DNA of 64,000 nucleotides from a virus. The translations under genes and the position numbers were made by a program. The stretch spans positions 77,926 through 141,925 of IMG/VR virus record IMGVR_UViG_3300042569_003487, one strand, 5' to 3'. Below are positions 57,247-64,000 of the stretch, in pieces (position 1 is the stretch's first letter; each line of letters starts with the position of its first letter). The notes under the pieces were generated by a model, which was not told the DNA's origin, made no database searches, and saw only the letters and a program-made list of their open reading frames with translations.

Positions 57247-58626
57247 ATGATAATAAGCTCAGAATTTAAGCAAGACGATTCTAAACTAGTAGTTTCATAT
57301 TATGATGAAGCAGGTAATGTTGCATATGCAGTAAAGCATATCCACGATGCGGATCAATTCAATTGGAAATTGACAGGTCGCCCTTCAGAATATCGAAATT
57401 GGGATAATAAATTTGTTGACAAAAGCAAAAGTAAATGGCTTAGCCGATTCAGAATCGAAGAGCTTATTCAAACCCGTTTTTCTGAAGAAGAACTTGCTCA
57501 AATCTATTCTGACCATAATCCAAAGAAATACTTTCTCGATATTGAGATTCAGTTAACTTCAAACGAGTTCCCTGATCCAGCTAAAGCTGCCATGCCAGTT
57601 AACCTAATTTCATTTTGTGGTCCAGATAATGTGACGTATATTCTATCAACTATGAAAAAACTTGATAATGAAGCCATTTCTAAAATGGAATCAGAAATCA
57701 ATGAATATTTAAGTGCTCAAGGTCAGGTCTTTACTATTAAATATATGTTCTTTGAGAAAGAAGAAGACTTAATGTCAACCTTCTTTCATAGAATTCTTCC
57801 TAAACTTCCATTTATTACTGGTTGGAATGTAATTGAGTTTGACTGGAAATATCTAATCAATCGCTGTAAGCGCCTTAATATTAAACCAATGGAATCTATG
57901 GTTTGCGATAAGCTTATTGGTAAAGGTCAATCTCCAGTTCACTTAGGTCTTCTCGATTATCTTGAAGTATTTATGAACCTTAAACCAATTAAGGTTGTTG
58001 AAAACTATAAATTAGACTATATTTCACAATTGGTTCTTGGTGTAAGTAAATTACATCACGATTATGGATCAATGATGGAAGCTCAACAAGATGTTGAAAA
58101 CTTCGTAAAGTATAACGCGATTGACGTTATGCTAGTTAAACTAATTGAAGACAAATTAAGTCTTCTTGATGTAGCATTTGCTATTTCTAAAACTGCACAA
58201 GTCGATGTATCAAAAGTCTTTAGTGCAGTGTTTATTACAGAATCCCTAATGTGTCGCCACTTTTTACGAGATGGCAAGAAAATGGCTTCAGATAAACGAG
58301 ATCTAGCTGAACAGGTAACGTATGAAGGTGCTTATGTAAGTAAACCTGTTCCAGGTCACCACAAATACGTTTCATGTTTTGACTTCTCATCAATGTACCC
58401 TAACGTACAAATTCAATTTAATATTTCACCAGATACCTATTTAGGTAAAATGAAACCTGGTCATACTCTTAAAGAGGATGAAATCTATACAAAAAATGGT
58501 ACTCTTTTTACTAAGAAAAAAGACTCTGCTGCAAGAGTTATTTTAAAGTCGATGTACGATCGACGTATGAGTATTAAAGGCCACATCACAGAATTAAAAC
58601 AAGCAGCTAAAAAAGCAGCAAACTAA
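57247..58626 (+). CDS. Family B DNA polymerase, N-terminal half only (exonuclease plus motif A; gp43A-like)
   Basis: FLDIE, GWNVIEFDWKYL, YNAIDV, YEGAYV..P..G, FDFSSMYPN...NISPDT; ends before motifs B and C. Confidence 0.88.
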   Translation: MIISSEFKQDDSKLVVSYYDEAGNVAYAVKHIHDADQFNWKLTGRPSEYRNWDNKFVDKSKSKWLSRFRIEELIQTRFSEEELAQIYSDHNPKKYFLDIEIQLTSNEFPDPAKAAMPVNLISFCGPDNVTYILSTMKKLDNEAISKMESEINEYLSAQGQVFTIKYMFFEKEEDLMSTFFHRILPKLPFITGWNVIEFDWKYLINRCKRLNIKPMESMVCDKLIGKGQSPVHLGLLDYLEVFMNLKPIKVVENYKLDYISQLVLGVSKLHHDYGSMMEAQQDVENFVKYNAIDVMLVKLIEDKLSLLDVAFAISKTAQVDVSKVFSAVFITESLMCRHFLRDGKKMASDKRDLAEQVTYEGAYVSKPVPGHHKYVSCFDFSSMYPNVQIQFNISPDTYLGKMKPGHTLKEDEIYTKNGTLFTKKKDSAARVILKSMYDRRMSIKGHITELKQAAKKAAN

Positions 58627-59219
58627 TGCTAAAATGGATAAAAAACAAAATAAACAAATATATGTACGATATTGATGCACTTGCCCAAACAAGAGATTTT
58701 ATTATGGGCAAAGATTACCAATGGGTAAACACACCAGACGATACTAAAATTGCAACTGTAACTAGAGTAATTGATGTATTTAGTCGAGGCGGTCTAATTG
58801 CTGCCAAGTTAGAGGATGGCTCAGTTGTTAGTTTAGATGAATTAAACTCTAGGCTTATGGCAATTATGGATGGACAAGAACCTTTAACTAGAGGCGAATG
58901 TATGTCTATTAGAGGACCAATTATTGATCCAAATAAGCCTAAAGCTGAACCTGTACAAGAATCAGCGACGCCTCAAGTCAAGGCAGTGATCCAACCAAAT
59001 CCAAAGTCAGCTGGCATTTTTGAAATGTTTGCAACCGAGGAGTCTCTTCTAAACTTAAATCTAAGAGTGAACTTACCGTCTATTAATCTATTAAAGATGA
59101 TGTATAAAAGCTCACAGAATAAATCTGAATTTTTAACTGAATTAGCAAACCATATAAATAATCAAATAACAGCAGACCACATTAAAGATGCTCTGTTGAA
59201 AAAACTTGATTCTAAATAG
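58626..59219 (+). CDS. Hypothetical protein
   Basis: 197-aa ORF coupled to the polymerase fragment; no KxxxNSxYG or DTDS. Confidence 0.7.
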   Translation: MLKWIKNKINKYMYDIDALAQTRDFIMGKDYQWVNTPDDTKIATVTRVIDVFSRGGLIAAKLEDGSVVSLDELNSRLMAIMDGQEPLTRGECMSIRGPIIDPNKPKAEPVQESATPQVKAVIQPNPKSAGIFEMFATEESLLNLNLRVNLPSINLLKMMYKSSQNKSEFLTELANHINNQITADHIKDALLKKLDSK

Positions 59220-59569
59220 TGGAGCTAATTATTTTACCGATTGAGGTTTCTGACTCAGAAAAATTAAGAGCAATTTATTGCACGCCAGAAGGCGAACCAA
59301 TAACAATACAAGTCGATCATGCAAAGGACGCATCAAGCTTTTCCGCAATTAAACGCATGTATCAAGAGCTTGGGGTAGAAGACTTAGACCAATCTAGAAT
59401 ATTTAAATTAGGAAAAATAGACAAGGATATTTGCTTTGCAGTTAACATTAGTGGATTAAAACCAGAATCAGAGTTAACCAGAGTTCCTTTTTATAAAATA
59501 ATGCAGGGTGATTATTCAAACTCAAAATTACTTTCTGCAAGCTTCCTAACTATATCATACTTTGCCTAA
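59219..59569 (+). CDS. Hypothetical protein, possibly a degenerate Nudix fold
   Basis: GTG start overlapping the TAG stop; SAIKRMYQELGV at a Nudix-box-like position. Confidence 0.5.
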   Translation: MELIILPIEVSDSEKLRAIYCTPEGEPITIQVDHAKDASSFSAIKRMYQELGVEDLDQSRIFKLGKIDKDICFAVNISGLKPESELTRVPFYKIMQGDYSNSKLLSASFLTISYFA

Positions 59570-59623
59570 GATCCTTTATCCCCTGCTGTGTAAAAGAGGG
59601 TATAACAAAAGGATTAAATATTT

Positions 59624-60817
59624 ATGGCAAAATCTACATTAGATGCATTCGCAAAGTTTAATGATTTACTTGAAAAGAAAGTAAAATCTAAAATTGAAAT
59701 TCGTGGCTTCTCCGATATTGAGGAGTATATTCCAACCGGAAATTATCTACTAAATGCCCAAATGTCGGGCTCTCTATTCGGTGGATATCCAAACACAAGA
59801 AGTATTGGAATCGCTGGAGATTCAGGTGCAGGTAAAACATTCCTATGTTTAAATGCAGTTCGTGAATTACAGAAAAAAGACTACATGGTATTTTATATTG
59901 ATACTGAAGGTGCAATCGACTCTTCAGACTATGTAAAATTTGGAGTTGACTTAACTAAACTTAAGTATCTTCGTATGGGTCTTATTAGCGAAGTAAAATT
60001 CTTCGTTAATGACTTAATTGATACAATCAAAGAAAATCCAGGTCTTAAAATTGCGCTATTCGTTGACTCCGTTGGAATGTTAGATACTGATAAAAGTAAA
60101 ACTGACATGGACAAGGGTAAAAATGCAGCGGATATGGGTCTTCGTGCAAAGGAGATGCGTTCTCTATTTAAGTCCCTAACCCTAGACCTTTCTAATCACA
60201 AAGTTCCATTTATTTTTACAAACCACACCTATGCCTCAATGGATCAATATACTCCAAAGGGAATGTCAGGCGGAGGTGGACCAGAGTTTTCTGCTTCAAT
60301 TATTTTAATGTTGAGCAAAGGAACGCTTCGCGATGAAAACAAAACGACAACTGGTATTATTGTTCGTAGTAAAACCAAAAAGAATCGTTTGGCCCGTCCT
60401 CTTGATATTGAATTCCATATTTCATTCCATAAGGGTATGAATCCATTCGTCGGATTGGAACAATATGTAAGTTGGGAAACATGTGGAGTAGGTCGTGGAG
60501 TTATTGTAACACAAAAGGAATTTGAAAAAATGAAAGCTGACGAGCAGGAAATACTGTCACCATTTGAATTAAATGGAGAGCAGGTTTATTTCTATCCTAA
60601 AAAGCTCGGAAAATCTTATATCGTTCGTCATAACGGTGATGCTGTTCCAGTCAAGGAATTTTTCTCATCAAGACTATTTACTGATGAGGTCCTAAAACAA
60701 CTTGATGAAAAAATTATTAAACCAACCTTTAAGTTCCCTGAAACTCAGGATGGAATTGATGATATGGAAACAGATGAATTAAACGAAATGACAGAATTTG
60801 ATGGATCAGAAGATTAA
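59624..60817 (+). CDS. uvsX: UvsX/RecA-like recombinase
   Basis: PTGNYLLN..MSGSLFGG, Walker A GDSGAGKT, YIDTEGA, VDSVGML, FTNHTY, MSGGGG. Confidence 0.93.
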   Translation: MAKSTLDAFAKFNDLLEKKVKSKIEIRGFSDIEEYIPTGNYLLNAQMSGSLFGGYPNTRSIGIAGDSGAGKTFLCLNAVRELQKKDYMVFYIDTEGAIDSSDYVKFGVDLTKLKYLRMGLISEVKFFVNDLIDTIKENPGLKIALFVDSVGMLDTDKSKTDMDKGKNAADMGLRAKEMRSLFKSLTLDLSNHKVPFIFTNHTYASMDQYTPKGMSGGGGPEFSASIILMLSKGTLRDENKTTTGIIVRSKTKKNRLARPLDIEFHISFHKGMNPFVGLEQYVSWETCGVGRGVIVTQKEFEKMKADEQEILSPFELNGEQVYFYPKKLGKSYIVRHNGDAVPVKEFFSSRLFTDEVLKQLDEKIIKPTFKFPETQDGIDDMETDELNEMTEFDGSED

Positions 60818-61145
60818 TTATAAGCTTAAGCCAGAGTTACCGATTAAATACGAATTAAATTTGCATAGGGTTCTTCCAAGCTACCCAACTGAAACTGATT
60901 TTGTAGTTGATATTATTCAGTACATAATTAAGGTTTGCGAAATAAAGAATAAAGAATTTAATCCTTCCGACTTAAAATTTTCAGCAAAAACTCTTAAATA
61001 TGTGTTTAATGAAAATGAGGTAACTCCTGGTTTTAAGGATAAACTAAGAATTGTAATAAAAAATTTAATGGATGCAGAAACTCTTGTTAAAAAGGGAGAA
61101 TTTTTGTATATTAATAAAGCAGTATTTAACGAACTGTATAACTAA
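60798..61145 (+). CDS. Hypothetical protein (possible winged helix)
   Basis: 115-aa ORF between uvsX and the helicase gene. Confidence 0.6.
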   Translation: MMDQKINYKLKPELPIKYELNLHRVLPSYPTETDFVVDIIQYIIKVCEIKNKEFNPSDLKFSAKTLKYVFNENEVTPGFKDKLRIVIKNLMDAETLVKKGEFLYINKAVFNELYN

Positions 61146-61150
61146 AAAAT

Positions 61151-62638
61151 ATGATAGACTTTAAAGAAAACATCGAGTTGCTAGAAAAGGTTATTCTTAA
61201 CTTTATTCTAATGGATGACAATAATGAGACCTTAATTAGGCCAAAGAACGTAGAGGCCCTTGATATTAGGGAAGTTATTCCAAAAATGAAAACTCAGTAT
61301 TTCAATAACGATGATCTTGGAAATATCTTTAAAGTTGTAAAAAACTATTATAAAGAATATCATAAGATTCCATCTAAAACTGAAATTCGAGAAATGCTTA
61401 ACTTAACCAGTTATGAAATTTCGGATGACACTTTTAATACTTTGCTTGGTGTAAATCTTGGAGAATACAATTATGAATTCTTAACTAAATACACAAAGTC
61501 ATTTATATTAATTAAGAATCTTAACTCATCTATCGTTGATATTTTATCTTTCTTAAAGACTTCTGAAATAAGTCCAGAAAATGTTAATATTATTACAGAT
61601 CAGGTTCGAACTAAACTTAATACAAACTTAAATGTTTCCTTTAGTAATGCTGAATCCGGATTAAATTTCTTTAATGCTGGCGACCACGTTCAGGTTTCTA
61701 AAACTGGAACTCCAACTGGGTTTCCATTTTTTGACAAGACATTAGGTGGAGGTTGGAATCCAAAAACCCTAGTAGTTTTTCAAGGTCGACCTAAGGTTGG
61801 TAAATCAATGGTTCTTTCAAATATTGCAGCGCGTGCCTTTATGTCAGGCTGCCAAACTGGTGTTGCCACTCTCGAATTAGCTGATACTAAATATATGAAA
61901 CGTTTAGGATCTAATATCTTAAATATTCCATACAATCAATATAATGAGATTACATCAAAAGATCGTACTCAATTAATTGAAGCCAAAATCGAACAATTTA
62001 AACAAAGCGGCTCTCAGCCTGGAGAATTATGGGTTAAGGAATTTGCAACAGGTAGTGCAACTGCAGTTGATATTGAAAACTACTTTTTAAAAGTTCAAGA
62101 AAGTACAGGTAAGCGTCTTCAAGTTGTAGTCGTAGATTATATTAACTTGATGAGACCTATGCGTGAACAAGGAAATACTTATGAAAAAATCAAAGTAATT
62201 TCTGAAGAATTACGTGCAGTCGCTCAACGTAATGAATGGACTATTATTACTGCAACTCAAATTAAACGTGATGCAGTAGATGATCAAGATATTGGAATGT
62301 CAGATATTGCTGAATCCTTTGGTCTTGTACACACAGTGGATTCTCTATATGGTCTAATGAGAGGACCAATGGAAAAAAGAATTAAAATCAAGGTTATTGC
62401 TAACCGTGATGAAGGCTACACAGAAAGCTTTAAAATGTATCGAATGTTCTATGATTTCTCTAGACTTGTAGAAGAAACTGATCCAGCAAGCGAATACTAC
62501 TCTGATGACGATGATATTTCTTCAATTGAAGACGATTTGCGTCAACAATATGCAAACGTCCAGGTTAAACCACAATTGACAGTTGCTCCTAGTATCAAGC
62601 AGTTTGGCGAACATGAAGATATTTTAGGAGATTTATAA
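61151..62638 (+). CDS. gp41: Replicative DnaB-like helicase (T4 gp41-like)
   Basis: TGFPFFD..LGGG, Walker A GRPKVGKS, VVDYINLM, EELRAVA, TATQ, IAESFGL. Confidence 0.93.
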   Translation: MIDFKENIELLEKVILNFILMDDNNETLIRPKNVEALDIREVIPKMKTQYFNNDDLGNIFKVVKNYYKEYHKIPSKTEIREMLNLTSYEISDDTFNTLLGVNLGEYNYEFLTKYTKSFILIKNLNSSIVDILSFLKTSEISPENVNIITDQVRTKLNTNLNVSFSNAESGLNFFNAGDHVQVSKTGTPTGFPFFDKTLGGGWNPKTLVVFQGRPKVGKSMVLSNIAARAFMSGCQTGVATLELADTKYMKRLGSNILNIPYNQYNEITSKDRTQLIEAKIEQFKQSGSQPGELWVKEFATGSATAVDIENYFLKVQESTGKRLQVVVVDYINLMRPMREQGNTYEKIKVISEELRAVAQRNEWTIITATQIKRDAVDDQDIGMSDIAESFGLVHTVDSLYGLMRGPMEKRIKIKVIANRDEGYTESFKMYRMFYDFSRLVEETDPASEYYSDDDDISSIEDDLRQQYANVQVKPQLTVAPSIKQFGEHEDILGDL

Positions 62639-62653
62639 AAAAACTACAATATT

Positions 62654-63322
62654 ATGTGGAAGAAAAAAACTAAAGAAGAGGACCTATTCATTAATGAAGG
62701 TGACGATTGGTCAGCTTTAGATGGAGAAGATTTTGAAGGACTTGATCAGCTTGAAGGAGATGAAGACGATGAAATTGGACAAGTTGATCACGAATCAATT
62801 GATGATGAAGATGAAGCCCGATACCAACAACATCTAAAATTAAAAAGAGAAGATAAGATCTTTAATAATTCTTGGAATAGTGGTGAAGGAGTTAGTGACG
62901 AAATGTATCATAACACTGGAATTAGATTAGATCCAGGTCATACAGATAGTCATCTTTTAGATGGTGCATCATATGACAAATACATGGATAAAGTTATCAT
63001 TGAAAGAGATCTAAACAATATCGCTATTAATGATGAGATTTTAGTTAAATTGATGGACATTACAATGGTTGATGGTAGAAAATTTACAAAGCCCGAAATC
63101 AATCTTGCCTTTTCTAGACTTTGTGATTTAGTTAGAGAAAATAATAAAACTACATTCATTGGTCCAATCGATGTTTTAGATTTTGTTTCAATGATTTCTC
63201 AAATGGATTTTAAGCGATTGTTTGAGTCTCTTGAATATGAATACAAAGAAGTTCTCCTATTAGAACTTAATAATAAATTTGGAATACTAGACGGTAAAGT
63301 TAGATTTAAAAAACTATTTTAA
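62654..63322 (+). CDS. Hypothetical protein with a highly acidic N-terminus
   Basis: 222-aa ORF; D/E-rich first 55 aa. Confidence 0.7.
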   Translation: MWKKKTKEEDLFINEGDDWSALDGEDFEGLDQLEGDEDDEIGQVDHESIDDEDEARYQQHLKLKREDKIFNNSWNSGEGVSDEMYHNTGIRLDPGHTDSHLLDGASYDKYMDKVIIERDLNNIAINDEILVKLMDITMVDGRKFTKPEINLAFSRLCDLVRENNKTTFIGPIDVLDFVSMISQMDFKRLFESLEYEYKEVLLLELNNKFGILDGKVRFKKLF

Positions 63323-64000
63323 TGAAGTTAAACAATATAAACAAAATATTCTTGGTAGGCGACTTACACTTAGGAATTAGAAATAATTCAGTGGAGTGGG
63401 CAGATATTCAAAAAGATTTTCTTTTAGAAGTTTTGCCAAAGACTGCTCAAGAAAATGGTTTTAATCCAGATACAGATATTCTTATTTTAGAAGGTGATAT
63501 CTTTCATTCCAGAGAATCAATTAATGTTAGAATTCAAAATGATTCAATGGAAATTTTTGAAAAACTTTCTAAAGTATTTAAGCGAGGAGTCTTTATTATT
63601 TTAGGAAACCATGATGTTTATTATAAAGACTCTAATCAAGTTAATTCAGTTAGACACCTTAAACACCTAGCCGAAAATATTCATGTATTTGAAAGCCCAG
63701 AAATCTTAACTATTAACGATACTGAAAATTGGTTAATGTTACCTTGGGTTGAAGATACTAAAACTTTAGGTAATTATGTTGCAGACTATGCAAATATGTG
63801 TAAACGTATTGTATGTCACGCAGATATCAAAGGACTAAAGTTTAATAGATGGACTAAAGTTGAACATGGATTAGAAATTACCGCACTATCCCAGTATGAC
63901 AGGGTTTACTCTGGTCACATCCATCACAGACAAGAACAAGATAATATATTGTATACTGGAACTCCTTACCAGATGGACAGGGGTGATCGTGGGAACACTA
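63322..64000 (+). CDS. gp47: Mre11/SbcD-like recombination nuclease (T4 gp47-like), truncated at the window end
   Basis: Manual translation: VGDLHLG, GDIFH, ILGNHD, SGHIH, YTGTPYQ phosphoesterase motifs. Confidence 0.9.
   Translation, partial: MKLNNINKIFLVGDLHLGIRNNSVEWADIQKDFLLEVLPKTAQENGFNPDTDILILEGDIFHSRESINVRIQNDSMEIFEKLSKVFKRGVFIILGNHDVYYKDSNQVNSVRHLKHLAENIHVFESPEILTINDTENWLMLPWVEDTKTLGNYVADYANMCKRIVCHADIKGLKFNRWTKVEHGLEITALSQYDRVYSGHIHHRQEQDNILYTGTPYQMDRGDRGNT

Noticed and set aside
58626-59219. ORF after the polymerase fragment as its missing C-terminal half
   Set aside because: It has no motif B or C and is too short.
1-64000. Stop-codon reassignment as in some large phages
   Set aside because: Standard-code ORFs tile the window and conserved genes are full length. 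TAG (59217-19) and TGA (51085-87) act as stops overlapping the next start.
1-64000. CRISPR array, tRNAs, DGR reverse transcriptase, integrase or transposase
   Set aside because: No repeat-spacer periodicity, cloverleaf or RT/integrase motifs were seen, and intergenic gaps are short.

Overview
AT-rich, gene-dense 64-kb segment of a large T4-related (jumbo-type) myophage read in the standard code. The host is probably a Bacteroidota: the class Ia RNR is of the Bacteroidota type, and leaders are A-rich with no Shine-Dalgarno motifs. Positions 1-35.7 kb are an almost entirely minus-strand late/structural block: tail-fibre, baseplate and neck-like proteins, a collagen repeat, a TSP1/FN3 adhesin, an apparently dead amidoligase and a small nucleotidyltransferase, ending in a gp55-like late sigma factor and a RuvC-like nuclease. 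After a strand-switch spacer with a large inverted repeat (35.76-35.98 kb) comes a mostly plus-strand replication/host-takeover block. It encodes a DnaQ-like exonuclease, GroEL, an S1-domain protein, NrdB/NrdA, gp32 SSB, RNase H, GroES, dUTPase, only the N-terminal half of a family B DNA polymerase, UvsX, gp41 helicase and gp47 nuclease, with late genes interleaved (tail sheath, CTS-bearing head proteins). The main non-coding observation is that the T4-type late promoter (NATAAATA) repeatedly sits inside an inverted repeat whose 3' arm covers the translation-initiation region of the late gene. Read-through RNA would fold shut while late-promoter RNA could not, suggesting a T4 e/soc/49-type translational lock used across many late genes. 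All calls come from motif recognition by eye; no searches or folding programs were run.
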